From positions 1 to 37,580 of the IMG/VR virus record IMGVR_UViG_3300021560_000038: a DNA stretch of 37,580 nucleotides. One strand, 5' to 3'. Position 1 is the stretch's first letter, and each line of letters opens with the position of its first letter. Positions 1 to 9,084 of this stretch are shown here, in pieces. Origin of the DNA: a virus. Taxonomy: Duplodnaviria > Caudoviricetes. A program made the translations under genes and the position numbers. The notes beneath the pieces were generated by a model. The model had not been told where the DNA came from, did not search any database, and saw only the letters and a program-made list of their open reading frames with translations.

Positions 1-549
1 GGAATTCCGCCGGGAATTGCGGCGGATGTCGAGTTGGTTGGCGGCGCATTATACATTCCGGGCCGGCAGAATGTGGTGGTGACTTACAAGGCCGGCTACC
101 AAGTCACGGGCGAAGCTCTGACGATTGAGGCGACGAGCTACACGCCTATTGCCCCGTATGGAATTTGGGCAACCGACCAAGGCGTCACCTACACGAGTTC
201 AGGGTTGAGTCTGACGCCGATGCCGGCTGGAACGATTTTGGCTGCCGGACAGTATATTCCGCCGGCGCCCGACATCACCGTGCCGGTTTTGAACTATACG
301 TTCGCCGCCGCCGACATCGGCCAGCAGGTTCTAATCAATTATGGATTTATTCCCGCCGAGGTCGAGCAGCTTATGATCGACTTGACGATGGAGCGCCTTG
401 CCTATCGGGGGCGGATCGGGATACGGTCACAAGCCCTTGCCGGCCAAGAGACGATCACCTACGATACGTCAGGGTTGACGAGTTATATCCAGTCGGAGCT
501 TTGTCAGTACTTTAATCCGATCCCGCCGAATATGGGGTATCCGGTATGA
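1..549 (+). CDS. Head-tail connector/adaptor-like protein, 5'-truncated by the window edge
   Basis: Frame is open from base 1. The C-terminus 'YGFIPAEVEQLMIDLTMERLAYRGRIGIRSQALAGQETITY' resembles phage head-tail connector proteins. Lies upstream of the tail genes. Confidence 0.55.
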   Translation, partial: GIPPGIAADVELVGGALYIPGRQNVVVTYKAGYQVTGEALTIEATSYTPIAPYGIWATDQGVTYTSSGLSLTPMPAGTILAAGQYIPPAPDITVPVLNYTFAAADIGQQVLINYGFIPAEVEQLMIDLTMERLAYRGRIGIRSQALAGQETITYDTSGLTSYIQSELCQYFNPIPPNMGYPV

Positions 550-854
550 GTGACGAAGACAAATCGCCACGCCCGACGGTGCCGAAAGACATTGGGCGGT
601 TCGCGCTGGAGCCGCTCAACCATGCGATTGCCGCCGGTACGCGTCAGGCGCTCGCCATGGGCATCCCGTCGAACAACGTCCTCGACTTGCATATCAACAA
701 TCTCGCCAGTTTGATTGCGATGGTTGAGCCGGCTGAGGCGCGCGCCGAGACGCTTAAAGACATTATTCGCGCCCTGCCGGGTCTGGTTCGTCAGCATCTC
801 GACCTGCGCTATACTTCGCCGGGCGGGATTAAGTTGCCGGGAACGTCGATATGA
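546..854 (+). CDS. Hypothetical protein
   Basis: 102-aa ORF with ATGA overlaps at both ends, indicating translational coupling. Confidence 0.6.
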   Translation: MSDEDKSPRPTVPKDIGRFALEPLNHAIAAGTRQALAMGIPSNNVLDLHINNLASLIAMVEPAEARAETLKDIIRALPGLVRQHLDLRYTSPGGIKLPGTSI

Positions 855-1309
855 TTGATTGTGGCGCGTGCGGATTGTGCTGCCGATTACTGGCCGTGCC
901 GGACATCCAAAAGGCGGCGGGCCATATGTGTAAGTGGACAACGATCCACGGCGGCTGCGAACGCCATGCGGAGAAAACCACCGCGCCGGAACTTCTCGCG
1001 TGCGCTCAGTTCCGCTGTCTTTGGCTCGACTCACAGACTCATCCCGATCCCTCACGGGTTTGGCCGATGGTAATGCGGCCCGATTGGAGTCACGTAGTTT
1101 TCGGCCCGGAAGACCCGGAAGACGACAGATTAATCTACGTCCATGTCGATCCGAATTATCCGTCGGCGTGGACGAAGGAGATGGTCCGGGCGGTTATCAA
1201 CGAAATGCTCGACAAAGGTTTGAGGGTGCATGTTGAAGTGGGGGATGTGGAGTTCACACTCGGGGGCGAAGGTATGCCCCTGGAAGCCGGTTCCGCAGGC
1301 ATACCCTAG
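851..1309 (+). CDS. YkgJ-like CxxCxxCC cysteine-cluster (Zn/Fe-binding) protein
   Basis: N-terminal 'CGACGLCC' followed by further Cys (CKW, GC, CAQFRCLW), typical of the CxxCxxCC family. Confidence 0.65.
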   Translation: MIDCGACGLCCRLLAVPDIQKAAGHMCKWTTIHGGCERHAEKTTAPELLACAQFRCLWLDSQTHPDPSRVWPMVMRPDWSHVVFGPEDPEDDRLIYVHVDPNYPSAWTKEMVRAVINEMLDKGLRVHVEVGDVEFTLGGEGMPLEAGSAGIP

Positions 1310-1786
1310 ATGCTGGTTGTTGACCGCCAACCGATCAAACAAGCCATTTTGAACCTGATCTCGCAGTGCGAGTTCGTCCGGCCGATCAACGGCTTCTTGA
1401 CGTGGGCGCAACCGCCCTCGCGAAGGTTGAAACTTTGGCCGAATGTTGATCCGGGTGTCCAACCCGCCGCCTACCTACTCCAACATCGCGAAAGTTACAC
1501 TACTGGTGGTGTTGGCCGGCTGGTCCGCCGCTATCTCGACATGGGCATTTGGTGCTACGCGCGAACCGACGACGATAGCATCGTTGGGGATGATTTACTC
1601 GACGTGATGGAAATGGCTCTCGAAACCGTCCTTCAGCCCGACGATACGACCCAGAACGAGTTAACTTTGGGGGGCCTGTGCTATTGGTGTCGGATAACCC
1701 GCGAAGATGGCCTGTTCATAAGAGATCCGGGCGATATAGACTCCCAGGCGCTCCTGGTACTTCCAGTCAGAGTTTTAATTCCTTAA
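1310..1786 (+). CDS. Putative tail terminator/tail completion protein
   Basis: 158 aa, upstream of the major tail protein. Contains the 'TLGGLCYWCRI' motif seen in siphophage tail-completion proteins. Confidence 0.55.
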   Translation: MLVVDRQPIKQAILNLISQCEFVRPINGFLTWAQPPSRRLKLWPNVDPGVQPAAYLLQHRESYTTGGVGRLVRRYLDMGIWCYARTDDDSIVGDDLLDVMEMALETVLQPDDTTQNELTLGGLCYWCRITREDGLFIRDPGDIDSQALLVLPVRVLIP

Positions 1787-1803
1787 CCCAAGAGAGGGAA
1801 ACC

Positions 1804-2184
1804 ATGGCCACGTCAACGACGACTTCCGCTTCGACTTCTTCGTCGGATGCGCCCACGCCAACGCCGACCGAGCCGACCCCAACACCGACCCCGGTTGAGG
1901 CACCGGCTGGGACCGGACCGACGCCGGTCGAGGAACCGGAACCGGAACCGGCTCAGCCGGTTCCTCCCGCCACTCTGTTCGCCAACGAACCTGCGAACGT
2001 CCGTTATGGCGCGGCGCCAACCGGGAACAAGATTTCCGACTCGGCCTGGCAGGCCGCCGTAGGGAGTTGGATGGATCGGCACGTGAAAAATTCGCCGATC
2101 GCGCAAAACACCGACGCCTACAATCATCTTTCGTCGATTGCGGATAACCTGCGCGATTTGTTAGAGATCGAGCTTCGGCGATAG
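1804..2184 (+). CDS. Hypothetical protein with Pro/Thr/Glu-rich low-complexity N-terminus
   Basis: ATG at 1804 preceded by RBS GAGAGGG. PT/EP repeats are followed by a short helical C-terminal domain. Confidence 0.65.
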   Translation: MATSTTTSASTSSSDAPTPTPTEPTPTPTPVEAPAGTGPTPVEEPEPEPAQPVPPATLFANEPANVRYGAAPTGNKISDSAWQAAVGSWMDRHVKNSPIAQNTDAYNHLSSIADNLRDLLEIELRR

Positions 2185-2235
2185 CGGGAGTCTGGAGTCT
2201 TGTTGTCTTCTTCCGCTTGATTAGGGAGATTTACG

Positions 2236-2979
2236 ATGGAATTCGGCTTTGGCTCCGGCATCCTGACTGGTATCCGGACCGACATCACCACTTCAACTCA
2301 AACGCCCGTAAGGTTTGGGGCGCTTCAGGACGTTAGTATCGAGTTCTCGGGCGATACGAAACAACTGTGGGCGACCCAGCAGTATCCGATCGACTCGGCG
2401 CGCGGCAAGACCAAAATCACCGGGAAGGCCAAGGTCGCGGAAATTAAGGCCCGCATGTATAATGATTTGTTTTTCGGGCAGACCTTATCCACCGGCTCAT
2501 TAAAATACGCCTACAACGAATCCACTACGCTCGCGACCGGCACGCCGAGTTATACGGTGGCGAACTCCGCCTCGACGCCCCTCGTCGATCAGGGTGTCTT
2601 TTACGTTGCGAATGGCAACCAATTGGTGGCGGTCTCGGCCACGCCCTCTTCGGGGCAATATACGTTCAACGTCGGCACGGGCGTCTATACGTTCGGGTCG
2701 GCTGACGGCGGCTCGGGCGTGTTTATGAACTACACCTACCATTCCGCCTCGGGGTATACGATTTCGGGTCAGAACCCGTTCATGGGCAACACGCCGCGCT
2801 TCCAGGCGACGCTCTTCCAACCTTTCGAAGGTAATCAAGTTGTTCTGGTTCTGAACCAGTGCGTCGCGAGCCGGCTGACCTTCCCGACGAGAATTGACGA
2901 TTACGTGATCGCCGATCTCGATTTCGACGCGTTCGCCGACAACGCCGGGAATGTCTTTAGTTGGTATATGAATAATTAG
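2236..2979 (+). CDS. Major tail tube protein
   Basis: 'MEFGFGSG...PVRFGALQDVSIEFSGDTKQLW...YPIDSARGKTKITGKAK' is a typical tail-tube N-terminus. RBS GGGAG. Directly precedes the chaperone and tape measure genes. Confidence 0.75.
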   Translation: MEFGFGSGILTGIRTDITTSTQTPVRFGALQDVSIEFSGDTKQLWATQQYPIDSARGKTKITGKAKVAEIKARMYNDLFFGQTLSTGSLKYAYNESTTLATGTPSYTVANSASTPLVDQGVFYVANGNQLVAVSATPSSGQYTFNVGTGVYTFGSADGGSGVFMNYTYHSASGYTISGQNPFMGNTPRFQATLFQPFEGNQVVLVLNQCVASRLTFPTRIDDYVIADLDFDAFADNAGNVFSWYMNN

Positions 2980-3016
2980 TTGGGGGTTCCCGCTCCCAAC
3001 TAGGGGAGAACTAATC

Positions 3017-3490
3017 ATGGCCCTTTCCAACCTTTCCAACCTGTCAAATGGACTGAGTAATCATTCTGATCTGCCGCCGACAGAGTACGCGGAATTCCTC
3101 GTTGGCGGCAGGGCGATCAAAGTCAGGGCTCTGTCTCTCTACGACTTGGATGCGTTGAAGTCTGAAATCCGCGGCCTTGATCCGACGAACGTCGACTGGA
3201 TAACCTACGGCGTTACCGTCATGCGGATTTTGGCTTTCTTGACGAGCGGCGATGAGCCGGACATGGCGATGGTTGACGCCAAGGCCCGCGCGATGGCGAA
3301 AACCTGCACCTGGGCCGAAGTCAAGAACCTCCCCACGCAGATCGACCAGTTGCTGCGGATAAGTGGGTTTGACTCGCCGGGGGAAGATCAGGCGGCGAAC
3401 CCTGGGACTGGGACGTCGACGCAATTGTCGCCGAACTCGCCGCAAGAGGCATCTACGGAGCCGACCTCATCCGAATCAAGCGCCGAATGA
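3017..3490 (+). CDS. Tail assembly chaperone (G-like)
   Basis: Lies between the tail tube and tape measure genes. Contains slippery G GGG GAA at 3379-3385. Confidence 0.7.
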   Translation: MALSNLSNLSNGLSNHSDLPPTEYAEFLVGGRAIKVRALSLYDLDALKSEIRGLDPTNVDWITYGVTVMRILAFLTSGDEPDMAMVDAKARAMAKTCTWAEVKNLPTQIDQLLRISGFDSPGEDQAANPGTGTSTQLSPNSPQEASTEPTSSESSAE

Positions 3491-3681
3491 CGATGTATTG
3501 GTATAAGAAGCTGCACGAGGCGTGGCGCGAGCATCCGCCGGCGGACTGGCTAATGGCCGCCCAACTCAAATACAAAGCGCCCGCGACGTTCAAGGGGCGC
3601 ACTTGGCGCGAGGCGCTCGATAATACGGTCGGCATGGCGAAGTTCCTCCTCGGGAGGCCGCGGCCGGAGTCTAAACCTTGA
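3379..3681 (+). CDS. Frameshifted extension of the tail assembly chaperone (GT-like, -1 frame)
   Basis: The -1 frame from 3379 is open (GGRSGGEPWDWDVDAIVAELAARGIYGADLIRIKRR) and continues in frame into ORF 3487-3681 (MTMYWYKKLHEAWREHPP). Confidence 0.65.
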   Translation, partial: GGRSGGEPWDWDVDAIVAELAARGIYGADLIRIKRRMTMYWYKKLHEAWREHPPADWLMAAQLKYKAPATFKGRTWREALDNTVGMAKFLLGRPRPESKP

Positions 3682-4127
3682 TCTCAATCACCGTTCAGGG
3701 CGAAATTGTTGCCCGACTTGACAAAATCCCGCACCAATTGCAGGCGGCGATTGAGGAAAAGTTCCGCAGTTCTATTCTCGACATCTACCATCAGGCGGTT
3801 TTGCGATTTTCCAACGGTAAGTATTCCGATACCGACGAGGTTGTCTACGGGGTCGAGAAGATTAGTCCCTCGATGCTGGTTGGGTATATCGAGCCCGTCA
3901 CGACGAAGGCGATTGTTCAAGAATTTGGCGGCAAGTCATATTATGAGATTTTGCCGGTTAAGGGGCGATTTTTGCGGTTCTTGTCGAAAGAGGGCGAAAT
4001 CGTCTTCGCGAAGCGGGTGTTTCACCCACCGACACCGGCGAAGCACTACATCCTAAGATCGATTGAGGAATACGCGCCGCACCTTAAATCGATGATGGAA
4101 GAGGCCATCCGCCAGGGGATCTCGTAA
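3678..4127 (+). CDS. HK97 gp10-like virion morphogenesis protein
   Basis: 'AIVQEFGG...EILPVKGRFLRF...IVFAKRVFHPPTPAKHYILRS' resembles the HK97-gp10-like neck/tail family. TTG start overlaps the upstream stop. Confidence 0.6.
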   Translation: MISITVQGEIVARLDKIPHQLQAAIEEKFRSSILDIYHQAVLRFSNGKYSDTDEVVYGVEKISPSMLVGYIEPVTTKAIVQEFGGKSYYEILPVKGRFLRFLSKEGEIVFAKRVFHPPTPAKHYILRSIEEYAPHLKSMMEEAIRQGIS

Positions 4128-7100
4128 TGGCGACTGACGATCTCAAAATCCGAATAACTGCGGAAGACCTAGCCAGTCCGCAACTGGCCGGTTTGGTTGG
4201 GAAAATTCGTGAAGCCATCACGAATATGGACCAATTGGAGCGGCGTTGGGGCAGTGACGCGGCGCAACGCTATCTCGCCAATCTTCAGAATAGCCTTCAA
4301 GCTGCGATCAAGACCATTGTCGACTTGAAGTCGTCCCAAGCTAATGTTGATAAGCAGATTGCGGAGATCGTTGGGTCGGCCGCCAAGGCTGGCGGCGCCT
4401 TTGCCGACTTCGGTCAGAAGGCCGAAGAGAGTCTGTTCAAGATCGAGGGCGGCCTGCGCCATACGGTCGCGTTCTTCGACGAGTCGATGCGCCACCAACG
4501 GGGCGCGATGATATCGACGGTCGGTGCGTTCCTTCGCGATACGAATTTGATGAAGCTCGCGATTGAGAACGCGACCAATCCGTGGACCTTGTTTGCGACG
4601 GCGGCTATTGCTGCAGGTGCGGCGGCGGTCTATCCGATCGAACAAGCCTACCAACGCATGCAGGCGATCCGCGAGACCCAGACCGCCGCACTAGTCCATG
4701 GTGGCGCCAGCGCCGGCTCGCAAGCGCAAGCTACCGCCGAAGTTGACTACCTCCAATCGACCTATAAGGAATATGAAGGAACCGTTAGGGAAATCGAGGA
4801 GCAGCTAAATCGTCTACCGTCGGCCGCGCAGAACGCGCGGAAGGCGTTTGCCGACTTGGGCGAGGGCATGTCGGGCCTTAGCCACGAAGACATCGGCAAG
4901 GTCATGAAGGAGCTGACCGACGAGGCCAGGAAGGGGCCGGACGCGCTAGAGAAATATGTCGAGGAGTTTTATCAATTAGATGGCGTCTTGCAGTCGAATG
5001 GAAAGACTGTAGCCGAAAACGTGGCGGCGGCGAGCGGCTGGACGGAGAAAATCCGCGTTTTGCTCGGCGCAATTAAGGAGCTTCGCGGCGAAGTCAACCA
5101 GGCGGGCGTTGCCGGCAAGGTCGCAGCAAATTCCTTCTGGGAAGACGTTACGGCCATTGAGGGGATGGCTGACACGGCGCCAATAGCCGGCGAAGCTCTC
5201 GGCAAAGTTATGGACAACATCGAGAGGGGCGCGCAACCGCTTAAGAACTTGAAGACTGCGGGCGATCAAACCACGCAGATGATGAAGGAGCAGAATGAGG
5301 CCGTCAAGGCGCTCATGGGTCCGGTCACAAACCTAGAGAGTTTGTTCCAGCAGCTTGCGTTGGTTGAAGGAGCGGTCGCGACAAATACGGGTGAGGCCGG
5401 GGCGCGGGCGCGCGAGGCGTTGGAGAATATCCAGGCCAGGATTGAACGGGCGCCAGCGGACGAGGGCGAGCAACTCCGCCATCAGCAAGTTATGGACGAT
5501 ATTTCCGCCGAGGCGCGCGCCCGTCACGCCGATCAGCAGGCCCAAGTCGACGCGGCCCGCAGGCGCGTTCAGGAGATGGAGAAGCTTGGCGTCGACAAAC
5601 TCGTCACGGCCGGCGTTGATCCCGAAGTTGCGGCGACTCAGGTTCAGCAATTTGAGGATGTGAGAAAGGCCAAACAGGACTTAGCTGAAGAGGAGAAAAA
5701 GCTCAGCGATCAGTCGACGGCGTACCAAATCGGCAAGATGAGGGAAGTCGTTGCCGAAGATGCGCGCGGGACGCAGCAGCGGATTGCCGCCCAACAGCAA
5801 ATTATCGCGATGACGAGGAAGGAGGTCGATGAGGGGCGGAAGAGCATCCTCGACCTTCAGAACGAAGAAATTCGCCTGGCGAGTCTGAAGCGCGAGTTGG
5901 CGAACAAGTCCTACCAAGAGGCGCGCGACCAGGCGCAGAACGAAGTTGAGTTGGCGAAGGGCAAAGTCGACCAAATCATCGCCGCATATCAGAAGTTGAG
6001 TCAGGTGGCGGTGGCGACGGGGCAGGCGCCGGCGGTCCAGGCCCAGATCGCTCGCGAACAGACGCGGGCGCTGGAATCGGCCCAAAGTACGGCGTTCACG
6101 CAAATGACGGAATTTAATTCGTCGGCGGAACGCCTTGACGCGATGCGCATTGCGGCGATGAAGGCGAACTTGGCGTCGTGGGTGGCCGTCCACGCCATGA
6201 CGAAAGACCAGGCGATCCAGAAGGAGGAACAATACACCTCGCAGTTGATGGCCGAGGAAGAGCGACGGCTAGAGAATGAACTGCAGATAAACGGCGAGAC
6301 TAACGAGCAGAAAATCCGGCTTTATGATAATCTCGCCCAGCTTTATGAGAAGGATGCGCAAAATCAGCAACAAGCGGCCGAGCGCGCGACGGCAGCTATC
6401 GAGGCAGAAAATAATAAGAAACTCAAGAGCTTCACAACTATGTTTGATGCGATTGGCACCGCGTCGGAGAAGCTCCTTGAAGCGGGAATTATGCGGACGC
6501 AAACCCGCGCCCAGGCCCTACAGCAATTTGGTTCGTCGATCCTGCGGGCGGGACTCGGCGAGGTCGGCCATCTCGGCTCCCAGTGGGCCGGTAAGGGTTT
6601 GGCCGGATTGCTTGGCGTCGATACGAAGGGGATGGAGGACACGGGAATTGGCGCGGTCCTGGGCCGCAAACTCGGCGACATGTTGGGGATTACGAAGGAT
6701 GAGTCGGGACCGCAGCAGATAATGAAGGGCGCGGCGGACAAGATGGAGAAGGCCGCCGAAATGCAAGAAAAGGCGGCGCAGCTTCAGTCCGACGCGATTA
6801 AAAACATGACCGAGGCCGGTCGGGCGCTCAATCAGGGCGCCGATAAGCTTGGCGTCGGCAGCGGGTATAGCAGAGGGGGCGGTGGAGTTTCGTTCAGTGG
6901 TGAGGAGCGTTTCACCACTACTGTCGCGATGAATACGCAAGCCTTGCAGGAACTCCGGGCGATGCTGGCGATGGCGAGCCGCTCCCTCCCGCCCGGTTAT
7001 AGCGTCGAGGCGTTCTCGGGGGTTCGGCCGGGTGCGACGGTGGCAGGGACCGGCGGCATTTCTCAGCACGCACTTGGCGACGCAGTCGATGTGCGGATTG

Positions 7101-7996
7101 TTGGCCCGGCCGGTGCAGTTCCGGGGTCGATGGGCGTTGATACGACCGGCATGTATCAGCAACTTGCTGTCGCAATGTATAAGGCCCAGCAGCAACTCTA
7201 TCCCCAGCTGAGTGGTCAGTTGGCGTCGGGTACGCAATTCGCCAAGCAGGATGCGGGGCATTTCGATCTCGGTGGCGACCGTGGGGCGCAAGGTTCGTTG
7301 GCTAGCCTAGCCCAATCGACTCAGCTCGTTACTTCCGCCCAACAGAGCGAAGCGGCGACGATAAACTCTAGTTCGAGCGCGGTTACGCAGAACACGACCG
7401 ATACGAACCAGGCCGCTGCGGCCGTCACGCAACTCGGCAACTCGGCGCGAACGGCGACGTCGGCGGTCGGCTCGTCCGGCGCGGGCGGCACCGGCGGGGC
7501 GGGACTTGTTGGCGGCTTTCAACAACTGACGGGCGCGCTGGGATCAACAGTGCCGGCGCTTAGAATCTTCTCCTCAGTTCTCGGAACGGTCAAGTCGGTA
7601 TTTAGCGCGGTTGGGTCGATTGGGTCAGGGGTTGGCGGAATATTTAATATGTTTTCGGGGGCGGGCGGCATTGGCAGTCTGTTCGGCTTGCTCGCCTTTG
7701 AGGGCGGCGGCATTGTCCCGTCGGCACAGGGCGGCATGGTTTCGTCGGGCGGCTTATCAATTCTGCACCCGAGGGAGATGGTTCTGCCGGCCCACATCTC
7801 CACGGGCTTGCAGAATATGATCCAGACCGGGCGGAACGACATCGGCTCGAATTCGTTCACGTATAATGCGAACGTGACGGGTTATCATCCCTACGCCACC
7901 CGGTCGAATTTCGAGGCGATGCTCCGCACTCACGGGTCGGCCATGCAATCGTGGGTCGAGAATAGTATGCGGAACGGTTGGAGTCCGGTACGATGA
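4127..7996 (+). CDS. Tape measure protein with an embedded M15-like peptidase domain
   Basis: 1289 aa, Ala/Gln/Glu-rich helical sequence. C-terminal 'FEGGGIVP...LHPREMVLP' is a tape-measure motif. Internal SQHALGDAVD...GHFDL motif. Confidence 0.85.
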   Translation: MATDDLKIRITAEDLASPQLAGLVGKIREAITNMDQLERRWGSDAAQRYLANLQNSLQAAIKTIVDLKSSQANVDKQIAEIVGSAAKAGGAFADFGQKAEESLFKIEGGLRHTVAFFDESMRHQRGAMISTVGAFLRDTNLMKLAIENATNPWTLFATAAIAAGAAAVYPIEQAYQRMQAIRETQTAALVHGGASAGSQAQATAEVDYLQSTYKEYEGTVREIEEQLNRLPSAAQNARKAFADLGEGMSGLSHEDIGKVMKELTDEARKGPDALEKYVEEFYQLDGVLQSNGKTVAENVAAASGWTEKIRVLLGAIKELRGEVNQAGVAGKVAANSFWEDVTAIEGMADTAPIAGEALGKVMDNIERGAQPLKNLKTAGDQTTQMMKEQNEAVKALMGPVTNLESLFQQLALVEGAVATNTGEAGARAREALENIQARIERAPADEGEQLRHQQVMDDISAEARARHADQQAQVDAARRRVQEMEKLGVDKLVTAGVDPEVAATQVQQFEDVRKAKQDLAEEEKKLSDQSTAYQIGKMREVVAEDARGTQQRIAAQQQIIAMTRKEVDEGRKSILDLQNEEIRLASLKRELANKSYQEARDQAQNEVELAKGKVDQIIAAYQKLSQVAVATGQAPAVQAQIAREQTRALESAQSTAFTQMTEFNSSAERLDAMRIAAMKANLASWVAVHAMTKDQAIQKEEQYTSQLMAEEERRLENELQINGETNEQKIRLYDNLAQLYEKDAQNQQQAAERATAAIEAENNKKLKSFTTMFDAIGTASEKLLEAGIMRTQTRAQALQQFGSSILRAGLGEVGHLGSQWAGKGLAGLLGVDTKGMEDTGIGAVLGRKLGDMLGITKDESGPQQIMKGAADKMEKAAEMQEKAAQLQSDAIKNMTEAGRALNQGADKLGVGSGYSRGGGGVSFSGEERFTTTVAMNTQALQELRAMLAMASRSLPPGYSVEAFSGVRPGATVAGTGGISQHALGDAVDVRIVGPAGAVPGSMGVDTTGMYQQLAVAMYKAQQQLYPQLSGQLASGTQFAKQDAGHFDLGGDRGAQGSLASLAQSTQLVTSAQQSEAATINSSSSAVTQNTTDTNQAAAAVTQLGNSARTATSAVGSSGAGGTGGAGLVGGFQQLTGALGSTVPALRIFSSVLGTVKSVFSAVGSIGSGVGGIFNMFSGAGGIGSLFGLLAFEGGGIVPSAQGGMVSSGGLSILHPREMVLPAHISTGLQNMIQTGRNDIGSNSFTYNANVTGYHPYATRSNFEAMLRTHGSAMQSWVENSMRNGWSPVR

Positions 7997-9072
7997 GCCT
8001 GATCGCGATTGACGGCTTCGATCACCAGAACTCGCAGACGGATTTGATTGCGAACTTTGGCCCGTTCGCGTGGCGCGGCGTGTCGAACGTAACGCCATCA
8101 GCCGACGGAAGTGGATTGGGCGGAACGGGTAAGTCGCTCCAGCTAAGTTCCGGCGGACATATGGAGGGAGTTTATACTAACCCGCTCTCGTCGGGATTTG
8201 TGGGTATTCAGGTTTATGCGCCAGCGGCGCCCGAATTCGACGTTTGGTTCTGGAACTCCGTCACGCAGTCTGGCCCCGACCGGCCGCAAATTCAAGTCTA
8301 CGTTCGGCTGATGACGGCGAACGGCCAAATTCAGATTTGGCGAGGCGAGGCGTCGCAAGGGGGCGCCGCTCTCATCGGGCAGACCGGAAACAATTTCTTC
8401 CCAAATAACGCTGCATTTGAACTTGAAGTCGGAATAACGATTGCGCCCGGAACCGGCGGGCGCGTCGAGGTACGGGTTAATACGGTCTCGTATGCAGTTT
8501 CTGGCGTTAATACCTCGATGGATGGGAATTCGGTCTTCGACTCGATCCGCCTCGGTGGGGCGAATTTCTACTCCAACTCCGGCGGGATCATCGACCATTT
8601 CTACACGTGCGATACCGCGACCGGACCGGGCACTAATCCCTTCAATACGTTTCAGGGGATTTGTCAAGTCTATACGCTGTTTGGGGCGAGCGCCGGCGCA
8701 TCGACGGGCTGGACCCCGAACGCCGGGACGAACGTCAGCCAAATCCAAGAGCACGCGATGGATAGCGATACGACGTTCAACTCCACCCAGACCGTAAATG
8801 CGTTAGATTTGTTTAATGTGAGTCCGTTGCCGACGACCGCCGCACCGCTCGCGGTTCAAGTTACCGGGTGTTTCCGTCAAGATACCGGCGGAACCCGCGT
8901 GGTTCAGAACGTTTTGACTAGCGGCAGCACAACGTTTAACGGGTCGACGGAGGTCGCCAACACGGGCTATGCCTATCAGCGCGACGTGCTCCCGCAAGAC
9001 CCGAACGGGAACATCGCCTGGACGCGAGCGAACGTCAACGCGACCCAGATCGGCTATAGGTTGGTTTCGTAG
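7993..9072 (+). CDS. Putative virion protein, beta-rich and possibly lectin-like
   Basis: ATG at 7993 overlaps the tape-measure stop. G/S/T/N-rich beta composition, located in the tail-tip module. Confidence 0.55.
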   Translation: MSLIAIDGFDHQNSQTDLIANFGPFAWRGVSNVTPSADGSGLGGTGKSLQLSSGGHMEGVYTNPLSSGFVGIQVYAPAAPEFDVWFWNSVTQSGPDRPQIQVYVRLMTANGQIQIWRGEASQGGAALIGQTGNNFFPNNAAFELEVGITIAPGTGGRVEVRVNTVSYAVSGVNTSMDGNSVFDSIRLGGANFYSNSGGIIDHFYTCDTATGPGTNPFNTFQGICQVYTLFGASAGASTGWTPNAGTNVSQIQEHAMDSDTTFNSTQTVNALDLFNVSPLPTTAAPLAVQVTGCFRQDTGGTRVVQNVLTSGSTTFNGSTEVANTGYAYQRDVLPQDPNGNIAWTRANVNATQIGYRLVS

Positions 9073-9084
9073 AGGATCGCGCTG

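Noticed and set aside
2977-3002. Hairpin after the major tail gene as a terminator
   Set aside because: The stem is present (TAGTTGGGGG/CTCCCAACTA), but it is followed directly by the next RBS with no U-tract. At most it is a stabilising or attenuating structure.
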